From an uncultured bacterium (GTDB taxonomy: Bacteria; Desulfobacterota_D; UBA1144; Nemesobacterales; UBA2774): 64,000 bases of DNA. The stretch covers positions 1,408,001 to 1,472,000 of the forward strand of contig CAWGRW010000009.1 of assembly GCA_963825135.1 (NCBI GenBank), written 5' to 3'. Below the pieces are notes generated by a model. That model was not told the DNA's origin and searched no databases. It was given only the letters and a program-made list of their open reading frames with translations. Below, one piece after another: positions 10,413-21,120 of the stretch (positions are counted from its first letter, which is position 1; each line of letters opens with the position of its first letter). The translations under genes were made by a program, and so were the position numbers.

Positions 10413-13239
10413 ATGTCCAGAATAAAGGATTTATCAAAGCTCGGCCAGTCGATCTGGTATGACTACATCAGGAGATCTTTTATAACTTCGGGGGAGCTCA
10501 AGGCCCTGATAGACGAAGGCCTGAGGGGCGAAACCTCCAATCCCTCCATACTCGAAAAAGCCATAGCCGGGAGCTCGGATTATGACGAAGAGCTCAGGGC
10601 CCTGGTCGAGCAGAATAAATCCGTGAACGAGATATACGAGGCTCTCGCTTTGAAGGACATAGCCATGGCCGCCGACCTGTTCAGGCCGCTATACGATAAA
10701 ACGAACGGATGTGACGGGTTTATCAGCCTCGAGGTCAGCCCCACGCTGGCTAACGATACCAATAACACCATCAGGGAAGCGAGGAGGTACTTCGTTACGC
10801 TCGGGCGTCCCAACGTCATGATCAAAGTCCCCGCGACCAAAGCCGGCATACCGGCGATCACGGAGCTCATCGGCGCCGGTATCAACGTGAACGTAACGTT
10901 GATGTTCGGTATCGAACAGTATAAGGCCGTGGCCGAGGCCTATATCAGGGGACTCGAGAAGCTGGCCGCGGAAGGCCCCTCCGTATTCAAGGGACATCGG
11001 GTCGACAGGGTCGCCTCGGTCGCTTCGTTTTTCGTAAGCCGAGTGGACACGGCCATAGACCCCGAGTTGGAGAGGATCGGAAACAGCGCGCTCCAGGGCA
11101 GGATCGCTGTGGCGAACGCGAAGCTCGCGTATGACGAATTCAGGAGAACATTCAAAGGCAAACGCTGGAAGAAGCTCGCCGATGCGGGGGCAAGGGTGCA
11201 GCGGTGCCTCTGGGCGAGCACGAGCACTAAAAACCCGGCTTACCCCGATACGCTCTATGTCGACGAGCTCATAGGGCCGGATACCGTCAATACCGTACCG
11301 CCCGCCACGTATAAGAACTTCAGGGACCACGGGAAGCTGGCCCTCACGCTCACGAGAGGCGTGAAACAGGCAAAGGAGGATATAGATAAGCTCGGCAAGC
11401 TCGGGATAAATTTGAAGGCGGTGACGAACAAGCTGCTAAAAGACGGCGTGGACCAGTTCGCCGATTCCTTCAAGACGCTCATGGCGAGCATAGAGGAAAA
11501 AAAGGAACAGGTACAGTCGGATAAAAAACAGTATACCGCCTCGCTTGGAAAGTATCAGCCCGCGGTCGATAAGGCGCTCGAGAGCATGCGGGATAACAAC
11601 ATCATACAGAAGATCTGGAATTTCGATTACATGGTCTGGGAGGACGACCCGACCGAGATAAGCAACCGCCTCGGCTGGCTCCATATACCCGAAGTCATGG
11701 TGGACGCGCTTCCGGGAATAAAGAAAAGTCGTCGACGAAGTCAGGTCCGACGGTTACAAGAATGTCCTTCTTCTGGGCATGGGAGGTTCGAGTCTTGCGC
11801 CGCTCGTACTGCGGGAAACCTATGGCGTCAGGAAAGGGTATCTGGATGTGGCGGTATTGGACAGCACAGACCCGGGGGCGGTTCTCGAACAAAGAAACCG
11901 ACTCAATATGTCAAAGACGCTCTTTATCGTCTCTACCAAATCGGGGGGCACGGCGGAGACCCTCTCGTTCATGAAATACTTCTACAACGAGGTTTTGAAG
12001 GATGTAGGCAAGAAGGAAGCCGGAAGGCATTTCATTGCCATCACCGACCCAGGGAGCGGACTCCAGAAAATAGCCAAAGAGCTCAAGTTCAGAAAGACAT
12101 TCTTGAACGATCCCAACATCGGCGGACGTTACTCCGCCCTCTCGTTCGTGGGGATACCCCCGGCAGCGTTTCAGGGAGTCGATCTCGATACGCTGCTCGC
12201 ACGCGCCGTCACTATGCTCCACAACTGCGAGAGCTGCAACTGTGCGGTCGACGGGGACAATTCGGGCGCCTGGCTCGGCGCGATACTCGGAGAGCTCGCC
12301 AAGGCCGGACACGATAAAGTGACGCTCGTCGCTTCCCCGCCCATAGAGGGCTTCGGCTCCTGGGTCGAGCAGCTGATAGCCGAGAGCACCGGGAAGGACG
12401 GGAAGGGGATACTTCCCGTCGACAGGGAGCCCATGGCCCAGCCGGAATTTTACGCGAACGACAGGCTCTTCGTATACCTCCGCCTCGCCAATGACGATAC
12501 CTACGACAGGCAGGTCAAGGCGCTTGAAAAGGCGGGCTTTCCGGTGGTACGTATCAACTTAAAGGATATTTACGATCTGGGGGGCGAGTTCTTCAGATGG
12601 GAGATGGCCATAGCCGTTGCCGGCATGATTATCGGCATACACCCATTCAACCAGCCGAACGTGGAAGCCGCCAAGGTGCTCGCGCGCAAGATGATAGCAG
12701 AGTATCAGAAAAAAGGTAAGCTGCCGGTCGTAAAGCCTACACTCAAGGAAGCCGGAATAACGGTTTATTCCGATTTTAAAGCTGCCAGCCTCGAACAGGC
12801 GCTTAAGAAATTCCTCTCCTATGCCAAACCCGGCAGGGACGAATCAAAGGGCAGGAGCTACGTAGCGTTCCAGGCCTATGTCAAGCCCTCGGACGAGACA
12901 TACAACGCCCTGCAAAAGCTGCGTACCAAGGTGCAGCGACAGTACCGCCTGGCGACGACCGTGGGGTTCGGGCCGAGGTTCCTCCATTCGACCGGACAGC
13001 TCCACAAGGGAGACGCGGGTCACGGTCTCTTTATCCAATTCACTTCCGATATGCCCCAGGACGCCCCGATCCCCGATGAGCCGGGGAAAAAGGCTTCGTC
13101 CATAAGCTTCGGGGTGTTTAAAGACGCGGAAGCGCTCGGAGACCGTCAAGCCCTCCTCGACGGGAAGCGCAAGGTCATAACCTTCCACCTGAGTGAAGAC
13201 GTGGTCGGCAGTATAAACAGGCTGTCAAAAATTCTCTGA
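10413..13239 (+). CDS. Bifunctional transaldolase / phosphoglucose isomerase fusion, one apparent +1 frameshift near 11724-11727
   Basis: Transaldolase domain (TSNPSI, IKVPAT, ASFFVSR, LWASTSTK), then NRLGWL. Removing one A from AAGAAAAGTC joins it to VVDEVRSDGYKNVLLLGMGGSSL and the PGI domain (KSGGTAET, GGRYSALS, EQLIAESTGK). Confidence 0.9.
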
Positions 13240-14006
13240 TGGAAGTGCAAGTGATAAAGGCTCTGATATTCGATCTTGACGGCACGCTCGTGCAGACAGA
13301 GGTACTGAAGGCGGAGTCTTACGCCAGGGCCGCGGTCGAGCTCGATAATTCATTGACTGAAGACGAGGTCATTGAAGCGTTCAAGGACTACGTGGGACTC
13401 TCGCGTAAAGAGGTCGCAGTAGGGCTTCTCAAGAGATTTAAGCTCGAAAACGCTGCGGGGGCGAGGATGAAGGAATTTCACGTACGTACTCCGTGGCAGG
13501 CTTATGTCGATATAAGGCTCGACACGTATTTTAAAATGATCTCCGACCCCGCGATACTAAAGGCGCACCTCTGCCCTTATAACCTCGGGCTCCTCAAATG
13601 GGCGCGCGGCGAGGGATACCCGACGGGTCTCGGGACGATGTCCCATAGAGAGGAGGCCGACCGAGTGCTGGACGTTCTCGGCATAAGGTCCGAATTCGAT
13701 TTCATAGCCACGATACAGGACGTCGAGCACGGAAAGCCCAATCCCGAGATCTATAATCTTCTTGCGGACGAGTTGAGGGTGCCGCACGCCGATTGCCTCG
13801 TAGTCGAGGATTCGGCTTCGGGTGTCGAGGCCGCTCTCGCCGCGAGTATGAACTGTATCGCGGTGACGACCGATTTTACGAGGGAAGGGGTTCATAAAAT
13901 CCCTCCCGACGGGAACCTGCGTGTGGTCGACGCGCCGCCCATGCTTCTCGATACCGCGAAAGAATTTATAAGCGAGCTTGGCTCCCATAAGGAGAAAGCA
14001 GGTTGA
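13239..14006 (+). CDS. HAD-superfamily phosphatase (beta-phosphoglucomutase-like)
   Basis: FDLDGTL, KPNPEIY and EDSASG motifs; start overlaps the upstream stop codon. Confidence 0.88.
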   Translation: MEVQVIKALIFDLDGTLVQTEVLKAESYARAAVELDNSLTEDEVIEAFKDYVGLSRKEVAVGLLKRFKLENAAGARMKEFHVRTPWQAYVDIRLDTYFKMISDPAILKAHLCPYNLGLLKWARGEGYPTGLGTMSHREEADRVLDVLGIRSEFDFIATIQDVEHGKPNPEIYNLLADELRVPHADCLVVEDSASGVEAALAASMNCIAVTTDFTREGVHKIPPDGNLRVVDAPPMLLDTAKEFISELGSHKEKAG

Positions 14007-14728
14007 GCGAATCTCCGTCCCCCGATCAAAAAAAGCTTCAGGACAGACTGAAAAAAGAAGCCGGAATAAGCGCAGTCGATCTGGTACGTCCGGGGATGGT
14101 GCTCGGACTCGGCACGGGGAGCACGGCGAAATACGCTCTCGAGGAGATAGCGGCGAGACTGAAGGACGGCAGGCTCAAGGACATCGCGGGCATACCCAGC
14201 TCGCTCGAGACGGAGAGAGTCGCGAGAGATCTCGGCATACCCGTTATCTCCTTTGACGACAAACAGGAGATAGACCTGACCATAGACGGCGCCGACGAGG
14301 TCGATCCCGACCTCAATCTCATCAAGGGCGGCGGGGGAGCGCTCTTGAGAGAGAAGGTCCTCGCCCAGTCGAGCAGGCGAAACGTCATGATAGTCGACGA
14401 AAGCAAGCTCTCACCCATGCTCGGCACGCACTGCCCGGTGCCGGTCGAAGTAATACCTTTCGCGTGGAAACCGGTTGCGAATTTTCTCAAGTCCCTCGGC
14501 GCAGAGCCTGTCCTGCGTAAGAATGGAAACGGGTCCCCTTACACCACGGACCAAAATAACTATATAATTGACAGTAAGTTCGGCCCTATCCCGGACCCCG
14601 TGGACCTTGCAGCTAAATTGGGGCGAAAGGCGGGGATAGCGGGATACGGTCTATTTATCGGCACGGCAAGCGAGGTCATTGTCGCGACATCGCACGGCAT
14701 ACGCTATCAGAAGCGTAAGGATTCATAA
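14003..14728 (+). CDS. rpiA: Ribose-5-phosphate isomerase A
   Basis: GLGTGST, DGADEVD and IKGGGGALLREK motifs. Confidence 0.95.
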   Translation: MSESPSPDQKKLQDRLKKEAGISAVDLVRPGMVLGLGTGSTAKYALEEIAARLKDGRLKDIAGIPSSLETERVARDLGIPVISFDDKQEIDLTIDGADEVDPDLNLIKGGGGALLREKVLAQSSRRNVMIVDESKLSPMLGTHCPVPVEVIPFAWKPVANFLKSLGAEPVLRKNGNGSPYTTDQNNYIIDSKFGPIPDPVDLAAKLGRKAGIAGYGLFIGTASEVIVATSHGIRYQKRKDS

Positions 14729-14759
14729 CGGTCGGTCGGTACGGACACACACGAATATC

Positions 14760-15418
14760 ATGGTGATAATCGAGCCTTCAATATTATCCGCCGACTTTAC
14801 GAAGCTCGGAGAGGCAGTGAGAGCGGCCGAGGAAGCGGGCGCGGGGTGGATACAGATAGACGTGATGGACGGTCGCTTCGTCCCCAACATCAACTTCGGC
14901 CCGGGCGTCGTGGCCGCAATCAGGCCGCTCGTGAAATTAAAGCTCGACGTCCACCTCATGATCGTCGAGCCCGAGAAATATATAAAGTTATTCGCCGAGT
15001 CGGGAGCCGACCGCATAATCGTCCATCAGGAGGTTTGCTTATCACCTCCACCGCGTGCTCGAATCCATCAGGGAGCTCGGCGTACAGTCGGGTGTAACCC
15101 TCAATCCCGGAACCCCTCCCTCGGCAATAGGAGAGGTGCTGGAGCTTGCGGACTTCGTCCAGGTTATGGGCGTCAATCCCGGTTTCGGCGGACAGAAATT
15201 TATATGGAGTCATGCTCGACAAGATACGCGTTATAAAAGAGATGCTCGACCGGAAAGGGCTCGACGTCCCGATAGGTCTCGACGGCGGTATAGACACCGA
15301 AACGGCTCCGGAAGTGGTACGGGCAGGGGCGACTGTGCTCGTCGCGGGGTCGAGCGTCTATAACGATAAAGCCTCCGTCCGTGACAATATAAAAGCTCTG
15401 CTGGACAGTGTGCGGTGA
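14760..15418 (+). CDS. rpe: Ribulose-phosphate 3-epimerase, two apparent +1 frameshifts (near 15039 and 15205)
   Basis: PSILSADF, DVMDGRFVPN and DVHLMI in the first frame; HLHRVLESI...NPGTP...VNPGFGGQKF in the second; MLDKI...DGGI...VAGSSVY in the third. Confidence 0.9.
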
Positions 15419-15500
15419 GACCCGCCGGTGTTATGATTTAGGCATTAGAATCGGCATCATGAACGGTAAATACAAATAATCAGATCGAGGGGTAAACAAG

Positions 15501-17039
15501 ATGGCACAGGACAACAGTTGTATAATCGCGATATTCGGGGCATCCGGGGACTTGACCAAACGGAAGCTCATGCCCGCTCTCTATGCGTTATTCCGGCAGG
15601 GGCTGCTTCCCAAGAATTTCGCAATTCTTGGCACGAGCCGCTCGCCGTTCACGGACGAGGCGTACAGGAAAAAGATAATCGAAGACGTAGTCACGTACGC
15701 GGGTATCAAAAAATCCGAGCAGAAACAGCTTGAGCCCTTCTCCGAGCACGTTTACTACCTCGCCATGGACGCGACGGACGTGAGCCACTACGATGACCTT
15801 AAGGATAAACTTTCCAAGATCGACGGTGCTGAGAAAACGGGCGGCAATTATATCTTCTACCTGTCCACTTCGCCCAGCCTCTACACGGCGATCTCAAAGA
15901 ATCTCGGCAAGAAAGGGTTGGCGAAGGAGGGGAAGGATTCCTCCTGGCGGCGCATCATAATTGAGAAACCGTTCGGCAGGGACCTCGCGTCCGCCCAGGC
16001 GCTTAACCATGACCTCCAGCGGATCTTTAAAGAAGACCAGATATACAGGATAGACCATTATCTCGGCAAGGAGACGGTGCAGGACATCTTCGCGCTCAGG
16101 TTCTCAAACGGCATCTTCGAGCCCCTTTGGAACAGGAACTATGTGAGCCGCGTGGAGATTACGGCCGCCGAAACGATCGGGGTCGAGGAGAGGGGCGGGT
16201 ACTACGACCACTACGGCGCGCTCAGGGACATGATTCAGAACCACCTGCTTCAGGTCCTGGGCACGGTTACCATAGAGCCCCCGTCGTTCTTCGACGCAAC
16301 CGATGTCCGCAATGAATCCATCAAGATATTCCAGTCGCTCAGACCCATAAAGCCCGAGGACGTGGACAAGTGCGCCGTAAGGGGGCAGTATACGGAGACC
16401 CTGATCGACGGCAGGAAGGTGCCCGGATACAGGCAGGAGAAGGACGTCGCGCACGATTCGATGACCGAGACCTTCGTCGCGCTTAAGCTCTACATAGACA
16501 ACTGGAGGTGGGGAGGCGTGCCCTTCTACCTCCGCACCGGAAAATGCCTCCCGGCCCGTGTGAGCGAGGTCGTGATCGAGTTCAAGAAGACGCCGCATCA
16601 CCTCTTCACGCAGGAGGAGCTATGCTCCGCAAAGCCTAACCAGCTCATCATACGCATACAGCCCGACGAGGGGATACTCCTCAGGTTCGGCATGAAAAAG
16701 CCGGGGGCCGGATTCGATATCGAGGAGGTCGGAATGGACTTCCATTATTCCGAGCTCGCGGATACATACATCCCGGAAGCGTACGAGCGCCTCATACTCG
16801 ACTGCATCACGGGCGACGCCACTCACTACGCCCGAGCCGACGCGGTGGAAGCCTGCTGGAAGTTCGTCGACCCTATTCTCAAGGCGTGGGAGGACGACCC
16901 CGAGGTCAAGCTCTACGGCTATCCCGTAGGCACATGGGGTCCCCCCGAAGCGAGGCACATCTTCAATTCCCCTGATGAGGACTGGAGGTATCCGACCGAC
17001 CATCTGACGACGGACGGGGATTTTTACGAGCTTAAATAA
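15501..17039 (+). CDS. zwf: Glucose-6-phosphate 1-dehydrogenase
   Basis: GASGDL, EKPFG, RIDHYLGKE and RWGGVPFYLRTGK motifs. Confidence 0.97.
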   Translation: MAQDNSCIIAIFGASGDLTKRKLMPALYALFRQGLLPKNFAILGTSRSPFTDEAYRKKIIEDVVTYAGIKKSEQKQLEPFSEHVYYLAMDATDVSHYDDLKDKLSKIDGAEKTGGNYIFYLSTSPSLYTAISKNLGKKGLAKEGKDSSWRRIIIEKPFGRDLASAQALNHDLQRIFKEDQIYRIDHYLGKETVQDIFALRFSNGIFEPLWNRNYVSRVEITAAETIGVEERGGYYDHYGALRDMIQNHLLQVLGTVTIEPPSFFDATDVRNESIKIFQSLRPIKPEDVDKCAVRGQYTETLIDGRKVPGYRQEKDVAHDSMTETFVALKLYIDNWRWGGVPFYLRTGKCLPARVSEVVIEFKKTPHHLFTQEELCSAKPNQLIIRIQPDEGILLRFGMKKPGAGFDIEEVGMDFHYSELADTYIPEAYERLILDCITGDATHYARADAVEACWKFVDPILKAWEDDPEVKLYGYPVGTWGPPEARHIFNSPDEDWRYPTDHLTTDGDFYELK

Positions 17040-17081
17040 CGGGTCGTCGAATTTTTCTGTCTACGAGACGCGGGAGACGAA

Positions 17082-17816
17082 ATGAAAAAGGAAATTTACC
17101 TCTTCGACGATATTACGGCGCTGGCAAAACGCCTTGCCGGAGATTTCAGTAAAGCCCTCGCGGAGAAGGCGGCTTCGGGCGAGTCTTTAATCGTGGCGCT
17201 TTCGGGAGGTCACACGCCGAAGGCGTTTTTCGAGGTGCTCGCGGCTCCGCCGTACGGTGACAGTCTTCCCTGGGATAGAGTAGTTTTTTTCTGGGGCGAC
17301 GAGCGATGCGTCCCTCCTGATAACGACGAGAGCAACTTCAAGATGACGAACCTGTCGCTCCTGTCCCGTATCGATATCCCCGAGGCCAACATACGCCGCG
17401 TATTGGGCGAGAACCCGCCCGATGAAGAGGCCCTGCGATATGCGAAGGAGATACGAGACAACGTCCCGCCCGGCGGGAACGGATTCCCGCGCTTCGACTG
17501 GGTTCTCCTCGGAATGGGTGAGGACGGGCACACCGCTTCATTATTCCCCGGAGCCCCCACATTAAAGGAGAGAGAGAAGATTTGCGTTGTCGCCACTCAT
17601 CCCCAGACGGGGCAAAAACGGGTAAGCATCACGTTCCCCATCATCGATAACGCCCGGAGGGTTTCGTTCCTCGTGGCCGGCAGCGATAAAGAGCCCGTGT
17701 TGAAGGAGATACTGAACAAGGGTTCGCATCCCCTGCCTTATCCGGCGTCCATGGTCCGACCCGCGGACGGCGCTCTCGAATGGTATGTCGACAAGGCCGC
17801 CGCTCCCTGGCTATAG
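17082..17816 (+). CDS. pgl: 6-phosphogluconolactonase
   Basis: LSGG, WGDERCVP and LGMGEDGHTASLFP motifs. Confidence 0.95.
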   Translation: MKKEIYLFDDITALAKRLAGDFSKALAEKAASGESLIVALSGGHTPKAFFEVLAAPPYGDSLPWDRVVFFWGDERCVPPDNDESNFKMTNLSLLSRIDIPEANIRRVLGENPPDEEALRYAKEIRDNVPPGGNGFPRFDWVLLGMGEDGHTASLFPGAPTLKEREKICVVATHPQTGQKRVSITFPIIDNARRVSFLVAGSDKEPVLKEILNKGSHPLPYPASMVRPADGALEWYVDKAAAPWL

Positions 17817-17856
17817 GACAGATTCGCGGTTATTTCCCGGCATATGCTCCCCGGCC

Positions 17857-18885
17857 TCAGAACATCTTTGCGAAGCTTCTGGGTTTCCTCTGCTTCCACT
17901 TCCCGGTCTGGTAGGCGTTTGCGATTATTAAAGGCACTACGGTCGTGGCCTCCGCGTAGACCATCTGCTCGTAGACGGTGCTGACCTTGCCCCAGGACGA
18001 GGCTTCCTTGAGCGTGGACGAGCTGCACGCGCCGTCCCTCACGTCGGCGACCGTGATCTGCACGGCGTATTTATGCACCGGCACGTCGAAGCCGAGCACC
18101 TCGGCCGCGACGACAGTGTCCTGGGCGAAGTTCTTTGGCACGCCTCCGCCGATCATGAAGAGTCCGCTCTCCTTGGACGAGATCTTTATCTTCGTGAGCT
18201 CGAGGAAATCCTTTGCGCTGTCTATCGACACGTGCGAGTCGGGATTGTTCCATTGATGGAACACCATGCCGAACCCGGCCGACGAGTCTGTAAACGCCGG
18301 GCAGAATATCGGCACGTTGTGCTCAAAGGCCGCCTGCACGAGGGAATTTCTCTTCTTCGAGTGCTTCGTCAGCCATTTCCCCATCTCCCATATGAATTCC
18401 CGGGACGAATAGGGCCTGCGCTCGAGGGTGTCCGCTATTTTCGCTACGGCTCTGTCGCATGCCTGTAGGTCTTCCTCGTCGATGAACGTATCGTAAATGC
18501 GGTCGATGTAGAGGGACCTGAGCATGCCGTCGTCGATATGGGGCGTGCCCGCGTAGTGCTTGTATCCGAGGGCCTCGAAAAAGTCCATGTCCACTATGGA
18601 AGCCCCTGTCGCTACTATTACGTCCACCATGTTGTTCTCGACCATGTCCACGTACACCTGCATGCAGCCCCCGGCCGAAGTTGAGCCCGCAAGAGTGAGC
18701 CATACGGAGGCGTTCTTGTCTGCGAGGTTCATGTTGAATATGTCAGCCGCCCTCGCCGTATCTCTCGAAGAGAAGGACATGCCGCGGTAGGCGTCTATGA
18801 TCTGCTTGCCGTCGATCTTCTTGATATCGATGTGCTTGATCGATTCTTTCAACAGACCTTTTTTTGTAGTTTTTGTCTTGGCCAT
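17857..18885 (-). CDS. Deoxyhypusine synthase-like protein (probable homospermidine biosynthesis enzyme)
   Basis: DRIYDT, PAFTDSS, GGGVPKNF and GACSSSTLKEASSWGKV motifs of the DHS family. Confidence 0.9.
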   Translation of the reverse strand: MAKTKTTKKGLLKESIKHIDIKKIDGKQIIDAYRGMSFSSRDTARAADIFNMNLADKNASVWLTLAGSTSAGGCMQVYVDMVENNMVDVIVATGASIVDMDFFEALGYKHYAGTPHIDDGMLRSLYIDRIYDTFIDEEDLQACDRAVAKIADTLERRPYSSREFIWEMGKWLTKHSKKRNSLVQAAFEHNVPIFCPAFTDSSAGFGMVFHQWNNPDSHVSIDSAKDFLELTKIKISSKESGLFMIGGGVPKNFAQDTVVAAEVLGFDVPVHKYAVQITVADVRDGACSSSTLKEASSWGKVSTVYEQMVYAEATTVVPLIIANAYQTGKWKQRKPRSFAKMF

Positions 18886-19082
18886 TTTCCTGTTTCTCCT
18901 TTACCGTCCCGAATCGAGTTGGATATCCCTCTATATATTCATCTATCAGGGAATATCAAGCAGCCCGGGATGGAATTTATTTTCTTCGTTCGGCAATATA
19001 CTTTTATCGTTCCGGCTTGTAATGACCCGGGAATATTTTATAGCCCTGCGTATCCTTGTCAAAATTCATACAGAATCAAAGC

Positions 19083-20111
19083 TCATTCCGGCTGCTGCTG
19101 CGTCATGCAGTGCAGAGCGCCCCCTCCGTAGATTATGTCGCTACAGTCTATACCCGCGACTTCGCGTCCCGGGAAACAGCCTCGAAGTATTTGAAGCGCC
19201 TCTCCGTCGTTCTCGTCGCCGAAAGTAGCCGCGAGGACGACCGTGTTGCCCACGTAAAAGTTGGTGTAGGAAACGGGCGCCTTCTGCCCGTCGTCGTAGC
19301 GCACGTGGGGCATGGGCAGCTTGAGGACCTCAAAGGGTTTTCCGTTATTATCTGTCGCACGGGATAATGTTATATGATTTTCTTGAAGCGTCCTGTAATT
19401 CTCATCATGAGAGTCGTCTTCGAAGGCGCAGACGATCTTTCCGGGGGCGACGAAACGGGCGAGCTCGTCGATGTGCCCGTCCGTATGGTCGTTCATGAGG
19501 CCTTCCTTGAGCCAGACTGTTTTTCTTATACCGAGATATTCTTCGAGATACTTCTCTATATCCTCTTTAGTCTTACCAGGGTTCCGGTTCACGTTGAGCA
19601 GGCACTGCTCGGTCGTAATGCATACTCCCCCGCCGTTTACGTCGATTGCGCCCCCTTCGATAATAATCCCGGGCCTCTCGACGCGTAATTTTTTCCACTT
19701 GCCTATTTTTTCCGGGATAGCGGAGTCCTTCAGTAATTCAGGAAACTTGTTGCCCCACGCGTTGAAGAGCCATTTCGTGATCACCGTCTTTCCCGAGCCG
19801 TCTTTAACGAATATCGGCCCCGTGTCCCTGAGCCACACGTCGGCGTAATCCGTGATGTGGAAATGTATCCGGGTCATATCTATACCCGCCGCGGCGAGCA
19901 TCCCGTATGCCCTTTCCTTCATATCCTCGTCCAGCACGAGGAGCTCCGCCGGCTCGCTCACGTGTATTGCATTTAGCATCTTTACGAACGCGGCTTCCGC
20001 TTTTTCGACCCTGCCGGGAAAGGTGACCTCGTCGTAAGGCCAGGCGAGCCATACGGCCGAGTGCGGCTCCCATTCGGCGGGCATTCTGTTTGAGGGCTTC
20101 TTCTCTTTCAT
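19083..20111 (-). CDS. aguA: Agmatine deiminase
   Basis: MPAEWEPH, WLRDTGP, EGGAI, DHTDGHID and GGGALHCMTQQQP motifs. Confidence 0.93.
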   Translation of the reverse strand: MKEKKPSNRMPAEWEPHSAVWLAWPYDEVTFPGRVEKAEAAFVKMLNAIHVSEPAELLVLDEDMKERAYGMLAAAGIDMTRIHFHITDYADVWLRDTGPIFVKDGSGKTVITKWLFNAWGNKFPELLKDSAIPEKIGKWKKLRVERPGIIIEGGAIDVNGGGVCITTEQCLLNVNRNPGKTKEDIEKYLEEYLGIRKTVWLKEGLMNDHTDGHIDELARFVAPGKIVCAFEDDSHDENYRTLQENHITLSRATDNNGKPFEVLKLPMPHVRYDDGQKAPVSYTNFYVGNTVVLAATFGDENDGEALQILRGCFPGREVAGIDCSDIIYGGGALHCMTQQQPE

Positions 20112-20121
20112 ATACGGCGGA

Positions 20122-21045
20122 CTATTTCTGACGGAGTGCTTTCTTCATGTCTTTATAATGCTTTACGTCTTTTAATTTTTTGGATTTCTTAACCAGCTTA
20201 GAGGAAGCGAGCTTTTTGTACGTATCCGGCCTACGGTTACGCAGGAACCCCCATCCTTCCGAATAGAATTCGTTCCGCTCGAGGTCGAGCGTCAATATTA
20301 TGGCTCCTTCCTTGGTAGCGGAAGCGCGTTTAAGCACCTTTCCGAACGGATCGCAAACGAAGGACTGCCCCCAGAATTCCATCCTGCCCTCGCGCCCGAC
20401 GCGGTTCACGGCCGCAACGTAGAGGCTGTTTGAGATCGCGTGCCCCCTCTGCACGGTCTCCCAGGCGTCGTGCCAGTCCCCTTCGGCGTCATAACCTGTG
20501 ATGCTGCCTATGGCGGTCGGGTAGAAGATTAGCTCCGCCCCCTTCAGGCGCGCCATGCGGGCGGCCTCCGGGAACCACTGGTCGTAGCATATGAGGACGG
20601 CGAATTTTACGTCCCCGGCCTTAAACACGGTGTACCCCGAGCGGCCCTCTTCAAAATACTCCTTTTCGTAGAATCCGGGGTCCTGTGGGATGTGGATTTT
20701 GTTATACCGGCCGAGAAGCTTACCGTCTTTCCCTATCACGACGGCCGTATTGAAATATTTCCCGCCCTTTTTCTCGTAGAACGGCACCACGAGCGTCACG
20801 CCGAATCTCTTAGCCGCTTTCCTCATCTCGCTCACTGTATGACCCGAGGCGCTTTCAGCGTAGTCGTCTTTCTTCTTTTTTTCCCACTGGGGGAAGTAAG
20901 GCGTCTGGAAGAGCTCCTGAAGGGCTATGATCTCGGCCCCTTTCCCGGCCGCCTGTCCGATCTTCTCGATCGTCCTTGCGACGTTTGACCGGACGTCTTG
21001 TGCGACCCTGCTCTGTATTAGCGCTATCGTAACGTTTTTCATCAA
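20122..21045 (-). CDS. aguB: N-carbamoylputrescine amidase (carbon-nitrogen hydrolase family)
   Basis: LQELF, KIHIP..PGFYEK, ICYDQWFPE and YPTAIG motifs; adjacent to aguA. Confidence 0.88.
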   Translation of the reverse strand: MMKNVTIALIQSRVAQDVRSNVARTIEKIGQAAGKGAEIIALQELFQTPYFPQWEKKKKDDYAESASGHTVSEMRKAAKRFGVTLVVPFYEKKGGKYFNTAVVIGKDGKLLGRYNKIHIPQDPGFYEKEYFEEGRSGYTVFKAGDVKFAVLICYDQWFPEAARMARLKGAELIFYPTAIGSITGYDAEGDWHDAWETVQRGHAISNSLYVAAVNRVGREGRMEFWGQSFVCDPFGKVLKRASATKEGAIILTLDLERNEFYSEGWGFLRNRRPDTYKKLASSKLVKKSKKLKDVKHYKDMKKALRQK

Positions 21046-21120
21046 AATTACATTACATTTTACTCTGAATATCGGAAATAAAAACCGGCTTCATGCGGTT
21101 TTAACAATTCGGGAGGGGCC

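Noticed and set aside
11728..12317. C-terminal ~195 aa of the 634-aa transaldolase ORF as a novel domain
   Set aside because: It is out-of-frame read-through over the PGI domain after the frameshift
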